Shown piece after piece: positions 20,578-31,300 of a DNA stretch of 64,000 nucleotides; position 1 is the stretch's first letter, and every line of letters starts with the position of its first letter. Below the pieces are notes generated by a model. That model did no database searches and was not told the origin of the DNA. It saw only the letters and a program-made list of their open reading frames with translations. The position numbers and the translations under genes are program-made. The DNA comes from Negativicutes bacterium (GTDB taxonomy: Bacteria > Bacillota > Negativicutes > UBA1444), in assembly GCA_963665275.2 (NCBI GenBank), contig CAXXIN010000001.1, positions 1 through 64,000 on the forward strand, given 5' to 3'.

Positions 20578-21717
20578 TTATGCGGGCAGGTCTTTTGCCC
20601 ATTGCATTTTTTCCAGTATCACACCGGCGATGCGATTGGATCCGTTGTCAACTACATTTTCGAGTTGCGTTTGTATAGGAACGCCTTGCGAGGTTTCCAG
20701 GGAATCAAGTGCTTTGACTAGTGAAGCTGCATCAGGCGCGAAGAGGCCATAACGGTTTTTGGAAACATAATCGATGTTGCCTGTTTCCTGTAACCCTACT
20801 GCACCCGTCACAACCAGTGGACGCCGGAGCGCTCTCGCCTCCATAATTGTTCCCGGGCCCGCCTTAGTTGCGACCACATCAGCTGCGATCATCAAACGCT
20901 CCATGTTGCGGGCAAATCCGTACACATGAGTCAGAGGATAAGCCCCGTTACGGTTCTTCAAGGTATTGTAAAGCTCACGGTTATTGCCTGTTACTACTAA
21001 AAGTTGCCAGTCAGGACGCTGACTTTCGATGGTTTCGACTAATTCTCTGACTTTGCCGCCGCCAGCGCCGCCACTTGTCAACAGAACTGTTTTCTTTCCT
21101 GCGTCGATTTCCAGTTTTCTCCGAACCACACCCTGTGACTCCTGCGAATCAAAAAATTTGGGATGCACGGGAAAGCCGGTATACAGTAACTTATATTCAG
21201 GAATGCCATGATCCATTAGTGCCTGATGAGCTTCCCGGGTCGGGACCAAATAAAGGTCCGATTCATTGCAAGCCCAGGAAGCATGGATGGTCGCCAGATC
21301 TGTTACGACTGTTATTAAGGGGAATTGTGCGCGCATCTCCCGACGAGCCGCACACATGAGCCGTAGTGCCAGTGGATGTGCCACCACAACCAGATCGGGG
21401 CGATTTTCCCGCAGTACTCGTTTGATGTTTTCACGGGCTTTGGAATAAACCACTTTGGAAAGCATGTCGAGACGCTGTGGTTCATTGGTGAACCGGAAGA
21501 ACAGATCATGCAGCCACACTTGGCGGGTGGAACAATATCCATAGATCTCAGGTGCGCTTCTCACCAGAGGAACCTCAGTCTCCCGCAACAAATCAGTTAT
21601 CGAGCAGCGGGCTCTGTCGCCGTCGATTCTACGGACCGCTTCAATCATTGCCTCGGCTGCGCTGCGATGTCCGCCGCCAGTATCGGATATTACGAACAGT
21701 ATGTTGCCATATGCCAC
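20578..21717 (-). CDS. GT28 diacylglycerol glycosyltransferase (MGDG synthase/UgtP family)
   Basis: SDTGGGHRSAA, VVTD...HASW, TGFPV, KAGPGTIMEA, QETGN. Confidence 0.85.
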   Translation of the reverse strand: MAYGNILFVISDTGGGHRSAAEAMIEAVRRIDGDRARCSITDLLRETEVPLVRSAPEIYGYCSTRQVWLHDLFFRFTNEPQRLDMLSKVVYSKARENIKRVLRENRPDLVVVAHPLALRLMCAARREMRAQFPLITVVTDLATIHASWACNESDLYLVPTREAHQALMDHGIPEYKLLYTGFPVHPKFFDSQESQGVVRRKLEIDAGKKTVLLTSGGAGGGKVRELVETIESQRPDWQLLVVTGNNRELYNTLKNRNGAYPLTHVYGFARNMERLMIAADVVATKAGPGTIMEARALRRPLVVTGAVGLQETGNIDYVSKNRYGLFAPDAASLVKALDSLETSQGVPIQTQLENVVDNGSNRIAGVILEKMQWAKDLPA

Positions 21718-21761
21718 TTTATATCCCTCCTATGATTATTGTCATAAAGGATTCTGGCTCT

Positions 21762-21815
21762 ATTGTGCCAGATATGGCGACGAGTTGTGTTAAATCCGGT
21801 TTATGGATGTGTTAA
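21762..21815 (-). promoter_or_regulatory. Pho-box array plus extended -10 for the glycolipid synthase
   Basis: Minus-strand TTAACA starting 21815, ATAAAC 21804, TTAACA 21793; TG-G-CACAAT with the hexamer starting 21767. Confidence 0.7.
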
Positions 21816-21838
21816 TTTTGCAAGGGCCGGATCGCTTG

Positions 21839-21892
21839 TTAACGTAAAGTTAACGGGACGCTAACATCCCCTTCTGTTTGGCGGGCTACAAT
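21839..21892 (+). promoter_or_regulatory. Pho-box array plus -10 for the Ugp-type ABC operon
   Basis: TTAACG 21839, TTAACG 21850, CTAACA 21861; TACAAT at 21887. Confidence 0.8.
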
Positions 21893-21924
21893 GGGATTGA
21901 TGAAAATTTTGGGAGGGATAAGTT

Positions 21925-23232
21925 TTGAAAAAAGTAACCCAGTGGTTCGCAGTTCTATCCTTGTCTATTTTGATTCTCGCAGTGACCGGCTGTGGAGGCT
22001 CGCAATCCAATGCGCCCAAAGCTGCAAGCAAGACCGTGATCGAATATTGGCACGTTAATGCGGAAAGTTTCGGCGGGCCCATAGTCAAACAGCTGGTTGA
22101 ACAATTCAATAAAGAAAATCCGGATGTGGAAGTCGTTGCGAAATATAATCCGGACATGTATAAAGGTCTGACACAGAATTTGCAGACGGCCATGGCATCA
22201 GGCAAGAATCCCGATGTGGTTCAAATGGGATACAGTTACCTGAACTACGCCGGTGAGAATCTCAAATATACCAGCATGCAGGATATTATTAGCAAACTGG
22301 CGCCGGAAGATAAAAATTTTATGCAGGACAACTATCTGCCCAATGTGTTGGCGTTGGCAACGACGGATGATGGAAAACAAATTGGACTGCCGTACTCCGT
22401 AAGTGTACCAGTACTTTATTACAACCCGGATATTTTCCGCCAAGCAGGCTTGGACCCTTCCAAACCGCCCAAGACGTGGCAGGAAGTCACGCAATATGCC
22501 AAGATTATTAAAGAAAAGACCGGCATCGTTGGCTTCTTCATGCAAGAGTATGCTGACAACTGGGCGCAACAGGCGTTGATGGAATCAAACGGCGGACAAA
22601 TTCTGGCGAAAAAAGACGGCAAGACAGTGGCTGGGTTTGATACCGCTGAATCGGCTGGGGCCTATCAACTGTTGGCGGATATGGTAAAGGCCGGCAGTGG
22701 ATTTCATGCAACGAACGAAGAAGGGTTCCAGGCTTTCATTAGTGGCAAGCTAGGCATGGTTTGCACCACGATCGGTAAACGGGAGAACTTCGAAAAAAGC
22801 GCCAAATTTACGGTCATGGCCACCCAGTTCCCCGCATTTGACGGAAAAAAGCGAAAACTGCCTGCCGGCGGTAATATGCTGATGATCTTCTCCAAAGAGC
22901 CGGAAAAGCAGAAAGCAGCCTGGCGCTTCGTCAAATACTTGGAATCGCCTGCAGGGTTGGCGCTCTGGACCAAAGGGACCGGCTATATGCCCCCGCGCAA
23001 AGGCGTGGCTGAAGACCCCAAAGGCTTGAAAGAATTTGTGGAACAGAACAAGAATATGCAAGTGGCCATGGCTTCGATGCCTGACGTGGTGAAATGGGCC
23101 AGTTTCCCAGGGGCCAACGGCTTACAGGCGGAACAGGCATTAATCGATGTGCGCGATATCATCCTAAGCGGCAAAATGTCGGCGGCTGAAGCGCTGAAAC
23201 AGGCGGCGGCGAAAATCAATTCCCTGTTGTAA
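21925..23232 (+). CDS. UgpB-like ABC solute-binding lipoprotein (glycerol-3-phosphate/glycerophosphodiester)
   Basis: Lipobox VTGC; IEYWH, LPYSVSVPVLYYN, PPKTW, TGYMP. Confidence 0.75.
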   Translation: MKKVTQWFAVLSLSILILAVTGCGGSQSNAPKAASKTVIEYWHVNAESFGGPIVKQLVEQFNKENPDVEVVAKYNPDMYKGLTQNLQTAMASGKNPDVVQMGYSYLNYAGENLKYTSMQDIISKLAPEDKNFMQDNYLPNVLALATTDDGKQIGLPYSVSVPVLYYNPDIFRQAGLDPSKPPKTWQEVTQYAKIIKEKTGIVGFFMQEYADNWAQQALMESNGGQILAKKDGKTVAGFDTAESAGAYQLLADMVKAGSGFHATNEEGFQAFISGKLGMVCTTIGKRENFEKSAKFTVMATQFPAFDGKKRKLPAGGNMLMIFSKEPEKQKAAWRFVKYLESPAGLALWTKGTGYMPPRKGVAEDPKGLKEFVEQNKNMQVAMASMPDVVKWASFPGANGLQAEQALIDVRDIILSGKMSAAEALKQAAAKINSLL

Positions 23233-23353
23233 GCAGCTGTATTTCGACCCAGGTTATTGAGGTTGCATTGGATGTTGCAAAATCCGTAAGGGAAAGCGCG
23301 ACATCCAATGCATCTGTCTATCGCAGCAACATACTGATTCAGGAAGGAAAGTA

Positions 23354-24238
23354 ATGGACATGAGACCAAAAAAATGGCAACCGCTAGCGTTTCTTGCCCC
23401 GGCCTCGATCCTCTTGTTTGTATTTTATTATTGGCCGTTGCTGCAAGATTTTTGGCTCAGCCTGCATACGTGGAATATGGTCAGTCCAACCATGAAGTAT
23501 GTTGGGCTGCAAAATTACGTGCAGGTTTTGTCAGGCACGGAATTCGTTAAAATTATGGGCAATACCTTGCTCTACGTTGTAGTATTGGTGTTTTTGAATT
23601 TCTTTTTGCCGTATGGTATATCGTTTATCATGTCGCACGTTTTGCAGCGGTTTAATTTCTTTTATCGTTCGGCTTTGTTTATCCCCAGTACGATCTCGTT
23701 GGCGGTTGCAGGTATCATTTTCCTCTGGGTTTTCAATCCGCTGGCTGGTCCGGTGCAGCTGTTGCTTGCCGGTGTGGGCCTAGATTCGCCCCGTTGGTTT
23801 AAGGAATCCGGCTTGGTCATTGTCGTCATTGGCGTCATTATCGGCTGGAAAGTATTCGGGTATAATCTAATATTGCTGATCGCCGCCATGGTAGAAGTGC
23901 CGCGGGAATTGATCGAGGCGGCCAGACTGGAGAATGTATCCAACTGGCAGCTGTTTCGCCGTATCATTGTACCGTTGACTTCATCTACCGCGATGTATGT
24001 CTTTGTGATTACCGTAGTATTTGGGTTGCAGTATGTGCTTGTTCCTGTCAGTATGCTCACGCAGGGCGGCCCGGATCAGGGAAGTACCAACTTGGTCTAT
24101 ATCGTCTATCAGTATGGCTTCGTGTTTTTTCAGACGGGCAAGGCTGCAGCGTTTGCCATCTTGACGATGGCGATTTTTGCGGCATTCTTATTGCTGAAAA
24201 ACAAGGTTCTGGATAGAAAGGTGCATTATGAGAATTAA
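23354..24238 (+). CDS. CUT1 ABC permease (UgpA-like)
   Basis: YVGLQNY, EAARLE motif, TQGGP. Confidence 0.8.
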   Translation: MDMRPKKWQPLAFLAPASILLFVFYYWPLLQDFWLSLHTWNMVSPTMKYVGLQNYVQVLSGTEFVKIMGNTLLYVVVLVFLNFFLPYGISFIMSHVLQRFNFFYRSALFIPSTISLAVAGIIFLWVFNPLAGPVQLLLAGVGLDSPRWFKESGLVIVVIGVIIGWKVFGYNLILLIAAMVEVPRELIEAARLENVSNWQLFRRIIVPLTSSTAMYVFVITVVFGLQYVLVPVSMLTQGGPDQGSTNLVYIVYQYGFVFFQTGKAAAFAILTMAIFAAFLLLKNKVLDRKVHYEN

Positions 24239-25055
24239 ATCGGAACGTGGCTGGTATTGGCACATTTTATTAATGGGTGCTCTGTTGATCCAACTCTGGC
24301 CACTATTGTTCATGTTCTCCACTTCATTCAAAACCATGGATCAAATTTTCCAATCCTCGCTCAACCCGATCCCAACCAAACCGGTGCTGGATAATTACCT
24401 CTACGTACTACAAAATTTGCCGCTGGTGCAGTACGTGGCCAATACTTTCATCATTGCCGGCAGTATTACGGCTGCCAAGATAGCGACCAGTATTTTGGCG
24501 GGATTTGCTTTTGTTTACTATGAGTTTCCGCATAAGGAGAAATTGTTCAATGCGTTGCTGCTGACTTTTTTCATTCCTATTACCGTGATTATGTTGCCCA
24601 ACTATTTGTTGATGGCAAAAATTGGGGCGATCAATAATGCGTGGGGCGTGATCCTGCCCCAACTTGCCGATGGCATGGGAGTATTCTTGATGCGGCAGAC
24701 GATGCGGGGAATCCCGCGGCCTTTACTGGAAGCGGCACGACTTGAAAATGCCGGAGCTTGCACAGTTCTTTGGCGCATTGTGCTGCCGTTGATTAAACCT
24801 TCGGTAATTGCGATGGGAATCGTGTTTTTTATTAATGCCTGGAACGACTATTTTTGGCCGATGTTGGTGCTGGGTGACAAAGCGTCCTATACTTTGCCGC
24901 TGGCGCTGCAAATGTTCATCAGCGCGGAAGGCGGCAGTGAATGGGGAGTGGCCATGGCGGTTGCGGCGCTGACTTCTTTGCCGCCGTTGTTATTATATTT
25001 GGTATGTCAGCGCTTTATCATCAATACGTTTATACAATCCGGCGTGAAGGGGTGA
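24228..25055 (+). CDS. CUT1 ABC permease (UgpE-like)
   Basis: EAARLE, WNDYFWP, TLPLAL. Confidence 0.8.
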   Translation: MRIKSERGWYWHILLMGALLIQLWPLLFMFSTSFKTMDQIFQSSLNPIPTKPVLDNYLYVLQNLPLVQYVANTFIIAGSITAAKIATSILAGFAFVYYEFPHKEKLFNALLLTFFIPITVIMLPNYLLMAKIGAINNAWGVILPQLADGMGVFLMRQTMRGIPRPLLEAARLENAGACTVLWRIVLPLIKPSVIAMGIVFFINAWNDYFWPMLVLGDKASYTLPLALQMFISAEGGSEWGVAMAVAALTSLPPLLLYLVCQRFIINTFIQSGVKG

Positions 25056-25063
25056 AGAGGACG

Positions 25064-26158
25064 ATGCAAGGAATTGTTTTTGACGGGGTATGCAAAAGTT
25101 ATGGTCGGGTTATGGCGGTGGATCATCTGAACCTTGCCATTGAAGAGGGGGAAAGGCTGATTCTGCTCGGTCCGTCCGGTTGCGGCAAAACCACTACTTT
25201 GAGGATGATTGCGGGATTTGAGAAGATTACCTCAGGCTCGCTGACAATGGGCGGCAATGTAGTCAATGAGATGGAACCGGGCGAGCGCAATGTCGCGATG
25301 GTGTTTCAGAACTATGCGCTGTATCCGCATATGACGGTTTGGGATAACATTACTTTTGGCCTTTCTGTGCAAAAAGTTCCGGAAGTGGAAATTCGCACAC
25401 GAACAGGGAAAGTACTCGAAATTCTCAATTTGGCCGGGTACGAGGCTCGAAAACCGGGTGAACTGTCGGGCGGACAAAAACAACGCGTGGCGCTCGCGCG
25501 GGCACTGGTGAAGCAAGCTCCTTATTTTCTCTTGGATGAACCCCTATCCAATCTCGATGCGCAGTTGCGAGTGCAGGCGCGAACCGAGCTGGTCAAAATC
25601 CATGAAATTTTTCGGCCGACGTTGGTTTATGTTACGCATGATCAGATTGAAGCAATGACTGTGGGGCACCGGATCGCCATTATGAATCAGGGGGTTCTGC
25701 AGCAATTGGACACCCCGGAGACGATCTATCGTCATCCGGCTAATACTTTTGTCGCGGCTTTTATTGGCGCGCCGCCGATGAATTTGCTCAGGGGTGATAT
25801 TCACGATGGGGCGTTGTGGTTTGGGGAATTGAAGTTGGAAGTGCCGATGGAATGGCGTGCGCTGCTGCTGACGAATGCGGAGGTTTGCATCGGCATCCGA
25901 CCGGAGCACTGCCGGTTGGAGAATTCGCCAATGTTGCCGGGGACGGTGGAGTATGTTGAAAATATGGGGGGGCAGCGTTGTGTGCATGTGAGATTAACGC
26001 CAAGCGGCCAAAAAGTGTTATGCGTGATTCCTGCGGAGCAGGCGTTGCCGTCTGGTGTGGCAGGATTATCTTTTTCCTGGGCCAATGTCAGTGGCTTTGA
26101 CACGAAAGTCGGCAACAGTCTAGGGCGCCCTTTGAACTTGATCAATAGTTGTGCGTGA
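25064..26158 (+). CDS. CUT1 ABC ATPase (UgpC/MalK-like)
   Basis: GPSGCGKTT, VFQNYALYPHM, LSGGQKQRVA, DEPLSNLDA. Confidence 0.9.
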   Translation: MQGIVFDGVCKSYGRVMAVDHLNLAIEEGERLILLGPSGCGKTTTLRMIAGFEKITSGSLTMGGNVVNEMEPGERNVAMVFQNYALYPHMTVWDNITFGLSVQKVPEVEIRTRTGKVLEILNLAGYEARKPGELSGGQKQRVALARALVKQAPYFLLDEPLSNLDAQLRVQARTELVKIHEIFRPTLVYVTHDQIEAMTVGHRIAIMNQGVLQQLDTPETIYRHPANTFVAAFIGAPPMNLLRGDIHDGALWFGELKLEVPMEWRALLLTNAEVCIGIRPEHCRLENSPMLPGTVEYVENMGGQRCVHVRLTPSGQKVLCVIPAEQALPSGVAGLSFSWANVSGFDTKVGNSLGRPLNLINSCA

Positions 26159-26170
26159 GGAGGAGAGCTG

Positions 26171-26938
26171 ATGAAAGTCGCCTTAAGTAATCTGTCTTTT
26201 GGTGGGTTTGATTATCTTACGGAACATCAATTGCCTGCGTCTACAGGATTGGAAATTTTTTATGAATTTGGGGACGATTACTACTGGGAAACAGTGATAC
26301 AAAAAGTCTACGCCGAAAGACCGATACAGGGATTAAGCCTGCATGGCCCTTGTGTGGGGGTCAATTTGGCGGATGCCGGACACGAGCACTATTTGTGCGC
26401 TTATGAACGAGCTTTCCGGTTTGCTGCCGCATGGGACGCTGATTTTATTGTTGTTCATACTAATGAGGAATACCGGGATCAGCCCGAGCGGGTTAGGTCC
26501 CGGGTAAAGTTTCGCTTGGAGCGTCTTTTATCTATGGCCGCTGCTTATGATGTGGATTTGCTGGTTGAAAATGTGGGACTGAAAACCAAGAATAATTTGC
26601 TGTTTGATTGGGAAGACTACTTTTCATTGTTGGCTGCTTTCCCGCAAGCGGGGGCATTGCTGGACACCGGCCATGCCTACATCAATGGCTGGAATCTGGG
26701 AAAAACGGTGCAACGGCTGGGGACTCGCCTGCGCGCCTGCCATATTCATGATAATGACGGTGCAGCAGACAAGCACCTTTGCACAGGAACCGGCAGCATT
26801 CAGTGGGATGGATTCTTCCAGGCGGTAGAAGAGTCAGCTGCGGACATGACGTTGGTTTTCGAATACGCGAACACTGACATTGTTACCATGTTGGCCAACA
26901 TTCAGCAGGTAAGCGAGAGATATCTACAGGAAAGTTGA
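26171..26938 (+). CDS. AP-endonuclease-2 / xylose-isomerase-like TIM-barrel metalloenzyme
   Basis: SLHGP, VVH, VEN, LDTGHA, HIHDNDG..DKH, FE metal ligands. Confidence 0.75.
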   Translation: MKVALSNLSFGGFDYLTEHQLPASTGLEIFYEFGDDYYWETVIQKVYAERPIQGLSLHGPCVGVNLADAGHEHYLCAYERAFRFAAAWDADFIVVHTNEEYRDQPERVRSRVKFRLERLLSMAAAYDVDLLVENVGLKTKNNLLFDWEDYFSLLAAFPQAGALLDTGHAYINGWNLGKTVQRLGTRLRACHIHDNDGAADKHLCTGTGSIQWDGFFQAVEESAADMTLVFEYANTDIVTMLANIQQVSERYLQES

Positions 26939-26961
26939 AGGAAGCTAAAAAATGAAAAAGA

Positions 26962-26996
26962 AAAAAGGAGCGCTGCCATCGGCAGCGCTCCTTTTG
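26962..26996. terminator. Bidirectional terminator
   Basis: AAAAGGAGCGCTGCC-ATC-GGCAGCGCTCCTTTT. Confidence 0.8.
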
Positions 26997-27014
26997 GCAA
27001 GCCCTTAGAAAGAT

Positions 27015-27887
27015 CTATGCTTGAACAGACAGGATGATTTCAAAATTCCCAAATGAAGTGCCAACTATTACACGGTAGGTTTCTGCAGCAAGGGGAGTTT
27101 CCCTTTGATTGACAATCGATTGTGGCAACAAATCGACTTTATGCCCGCCATCAGACAAGGACCCGCACCAAACGCCATTATGAACATTCAGGAATTCGCC
27201 TGCGCAGTCCAGCGCTAGTTCGTTAACGCTTGAGAACGATTCAACGTAAAATCGGCTCGCAATTTCCAACAGTACCCGTTCATCCATATGCAAACTGGTT
27301 GATACCGAGACATCGCCGACTACTTGCTGCGACACAAGCCAGCTAAAGGCGGAGGATGCTGCTGGCTCAGCAATGATAAAGGGATTATCATTCAAGAATC
27401 TGACGACGTTCCGCAGCATCAAGCCGACATAGTTATATAAGAAATCGGCATTGTCGCCTGCATTCGAAAAATCCAGCAACTTCCTGACAAGCTCATCTTC
27501 ATTTGTTGCGCTGGAGCCCAAATCAATTCCACCATATTCCTGGCGGAAAGTTGCCAGAGTTTTCTCCAATTCGGGCATTGCCATATAACCACCATCGGAT
27601 ATGGCCTGAAGTAAAGCAAGATGGCTATCATGCTGCGCAAAGAGCAGTTTCTCCACTTGCGCCTCTGTAAGGTACCCTTGCGCAACTGCAAGTTCGCCAA
27701 ACTTTTGATCTTTTATTCGTTGTAGATCATGGACTTCTTCGACTTGCGCTGCTGTCATCAATCCGGCATTCATCGCCAGAACTCCCAATTTCATCTTGAC
27801 AGTACGTTCGCGTTGCAACACGTCGGAAAGTTGAATGGGTGTAAGAACCCCTTTGTTAAGCAGGTAATGGCCAAAATATTGATTCAT
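27015..27887 (-). CDS. MshEN-repeat / CheX-like fusion protein
   Basis: Three N-terminal (K/Y)(L/F)GxLxxxxGxxTxxQxxxxxxx(Q/E) repeats; C-terminal DCAGEFLNVHNG with the CheC/CheX E-x-x-N motif. Confidence 0.65.
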   Translation of the reverse strand: MNQYFGHYLLNKGVLTPIQLSDVLQRERTVKMKLGVLAMNAGLMTAAQVEEVHDLQRIKDQKFGELAVAQGYLTEAQVEKLLFAQHDSHLALLQAISDGGYMAMPELEKTLATFRQEYGGIDLGSSATNEDELVRKLLDFSNAGDNADFLYNYVGLMLRNVVRFLNDNPFIIAEPAASSAFSWLVSQQVVGDVSVSTSLHMDERVLLEIASRFYVESFSSVNELALDCAGEFLNVHNGVWCGSLSDGGHKVDLLPQSIVNQRETPLAAETYRVIVGTSFGNFEIILSVQA

Positions 27888-27915
27888 TTTGAACTAGCGT
27901 CCTTTCTTCCGATAT

Positions 27916-28311
27916 CTATTTGCAGGAATATTGCGCCTGTGGCAAGGCTGCTTGCTCTAAAACCAAATTGATAATTGGTAACAGTCTTTCTTCGGTGACC
28001 GGTTTTAAAACGAAGTTTTTAGCCCCGCTTTGCAAGGCGGAAAAAATGATATGCTTTTGGCCAAGCGAACTCACAACTACTATATTGGCCGTCGGATCAG
28101 ACCCGATGATACTTTGAATGGTTTCAATTCCGCCCAAACCTGGCATGGTGATGTCCATAGTTATCAAGTCGGGGCGGAACTGAGCATAATTAATAATCGC
28201 CTGTTCCCCGTTTATCGCCTCACAAACGATTTCGTGCCCGGCTGCCTCCAAAGTTCTGCGCAACATTGTTCTCATCATCAATGTGTCGTCAACTATCATG
28301 ATTCGTGCCAT
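27916..28311 (-). CDS. Single-domain CheY-like response regulator
   Basis: IMIVDD, PDLITMDITMP, VSS, GAKNFVLKP. Confidence 0.85.
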   Translation of the reverse strand: MARIMIVDDTLMMRTMLRRTLEAAGHEIVCEAINGEQAIINYAQFRPDLITMDITMPGLGGIETIQSIIGSDPTANIVVVSSLGQKHIIFSALQSGAKNFVLKPVTEERLLPIINLVLEQAALPQAQYSCK

Positions 28312-28337
28312 TGGCGTTTTCCCTTCTTTCATAATAA

Positions 28338-31300
28338 TTAATATATTAAGCTCAACATGACTTTTCCCGCAACAGTATCAAGCACCCATGAAGGGGTTTC
28401 CGACTGCGGGTATTTGGCGGATGCTTCATCTGCCAGAATGCTGCCTAAAGTTTCGGAACTCAAAGAACTGGCCCAAGCGGGAGCTGTTTTCAAAGCGTTT
28501 TGAAAAATGTTCTCAGCATAATAGGACAAGGTAGTTTCCATCAACGTATCAATCGTTGAGCCGGTGGTGGACGCGGCAAAGCGATTTTCAATCATCAATG
28601 TTGCTACATCTTGGTCGGCGCTTAATACCATGCGACCTTTTGCCAGTCCGTTTATACCGAGAAAAGTAGTGATTTTTCGCAATGTGAGCTTTCTGTCAGG
28701 AGCGCTATCGATATACGAGAGATTGGTGATACGCAATCCTGCTTCATTCAATAAAAGTGATTCTGCCGCACCAAGGAGCGGTTTGGCTAGCTGTCGGAGG
28801 GAATAGGGATCAGTATCATCCGTATGGTTAAGGGGTAAGAAAAAGTGAAATTGCGTGCCCTGGCCCAACGCAGTGGTTACACGCACTGAGCCGTTGAGTT
28901 TTTCCAACTCGGCGCGAACAGCGGACAACCCCACACCTCGTCCCGCTAATGCATCGGCATCTTGAGCGCTGGAAAATCCATCGGCAAAGATTAACTGCAC
29001 CAGCTCCTCATCAGACAGGCTGGTGGCTGTTTCCGGGGAGCAAATGTGTTTCTTCAGTGCGACATCACGGATGCGAACAGGGTCGATACCTCGACCGTCG
29101 TCTGCAAGAACAAGTTCCAGGCCAGTTTGGCTTTCCGCAATTGAACAGGAAATTTTACCGCGTTCATCTTTGCCGAGCCCCAGTCTTTCATCATAAGTTT
29201 CCAGTCCGTGCGCAATCGAGTTGCGGAAAACATGGCCCAATGACTTTATGAAATCGTAATAGTGTTGAGGATCGACCATCGTTTCTCCTCCCTCGATTTC
29301 AAATGCGTACACCGATTTTTCATTTTTTTCGGCTAAGGTGACCACATATTCAGGGTAGGACTGCAATAGCTCTCTGAAAGGTTTGTATCGCAAGCGACGC
29401 AAATCGGGCAACAGCAAGCTGCACAAGGCCGGAGACAGCGTTCGCAGAACTTTTTCTTCGATTTCGAGCAGGCGGCTGTTTTCAACCTCCAATAGATTTC
29501 CCCGTTGGAAAAAATTTTCTCCCAACTTGCTCTTCAGTATCGCCAAATCAATGTTGAGCCAGCTAAGCATGGTATCTGGCGTGTAGTTGCCCAGCGCTTG
29601 TTGTAGCGATAAGTGACCTTCGGTATTTATTTTGTTAGCACGGATGTTGTCCAGCGTTTCTTCCATCTCATGGAGCTTGGCCATGGTGTTGAACATTCTC
29701 AATTGACCAAAGGTTCCTTTGAACGTATGCACTGTTCGAAACAGAGTGGTTAATAGTTCGCTGGAAGTCTTATCTTCGCTCAATATTTCCTGCATGTCCT
29801 CCTGGCAAAAACTCGTATATTGATTGACTGCGGCGAAGAATTCGGCTGAATGGGTTACTATATGCACGATCATCGCCAAAATGTTTTTTTCGGCCTGCAT
29901 TTTTTCCTCCATGGCTTTCTGCGCTGTTCGATCAGTAAGTATCAACATAATTTCCCGGTGCCCTGATTCGGATGCTCTTTCAATAAATTTATAGGCTACG
30001 CCAATGTAGCGACCGGAAAAAACAATCTCTTCCGGTAATAGGGAGAAGTACGTTTCTCGTAAACTGGCTTGATCTTCTTGTAAAATTTTTTTAAAAACAG
30101 CCGCTAAAAAAACTTGCTGATCCCGATCATCAGGATAAATTAGAGCAGGGACTTCTTCTCCGGCAATTGCGCGCTCGAAAATGACTGCGCATTCCGCGCT
30201 ATAAGCGCCGATTACGCAAAGATCCGAAGAAAAGGAAAGAAAACCCTGGCCGGCATGATCAAGCAGGTTGCGTAGGGCGGCGGTCCGTTCGGCTATTTTA
30301 TCTTCGAGTTCTTGATTCCAGAGTTCCAGTTTGGCATGAGAACTCTGCACTTCAAGCATCATGTTTTGCAGCGAATCGAGGGTGCTGTTAATAGAGCGAG
30401 TCAAAGAACCCATCTCGTCACGGGAACTAATGACGCCCCGCACCTGAAGATCGCCGTTGCCAACGGAGGCCATCACATGATCCAACTGGTAAACCGCTTT
30501 GCGAACCGATATGTCGAAGCCTGAAAAAAGATAACAAACCAATAACAGGATTGCACTGGTGAACAAAACGATCAGGTTTCTATATTGCAGATTCTTATCA
30601 ATTCGTGTGACCAAAGTTTGATCAATCACGCTTAACTCTTCCCTATGCAGTTCAACGGCAGTGAGGATGGCGTGATTGCCTGTATTTGTCAACAATTGCT
30701 GGGGAAGCGGCAGCCCTTGCTGGCCAACTGTTTTTTGTCCAAAGTTCCAGGTGAAAATCGGCACAGCATCTGTGAGCGTAGTGTGGAGCCGTTTCAATTT
30801 GGAGTTGATTTGGTCATTGTGGCGGAAAACCAGTTGTGCATTACGATCGACCTGTTCCAAGTTGGAATGAATCAGTCCCATAACTTGCAAGAGACGATAT
30901 TTATTGTCAGCCGAAAGCGTTTCGCCCTGCAAATGGACCGACAAAGCCTGTGCTGCGCTTAACGCATCCAATAACCCCGGCATTTTGCGGAGCACCGAGT
31001 CGTTCAGATACGAAGTGTCAAAATCGGAGTCCATCGCGAGATTCGATTCATAACCGACGTGTTGCATTAGATCGGTGATTTCACCGAGCCAGCGACTATC
31101 AAGATCAAACTCCACTTGCACATGATCTGCATCGAAGTGAAATGCATCCCGTTTGCGAGTAATCCAATTTTTCCGTAACATTTGAAGTTTCCAGGTTGTA
31201 TCCATCTGGGAAGAAGTCTGACTGTCGATTGCTTCAACCGCGTCGAGTGCTGCGCCGATCTTTGCCTGCTGGGCCAGTAGTTCTGATTTGAGTGGGGTGT

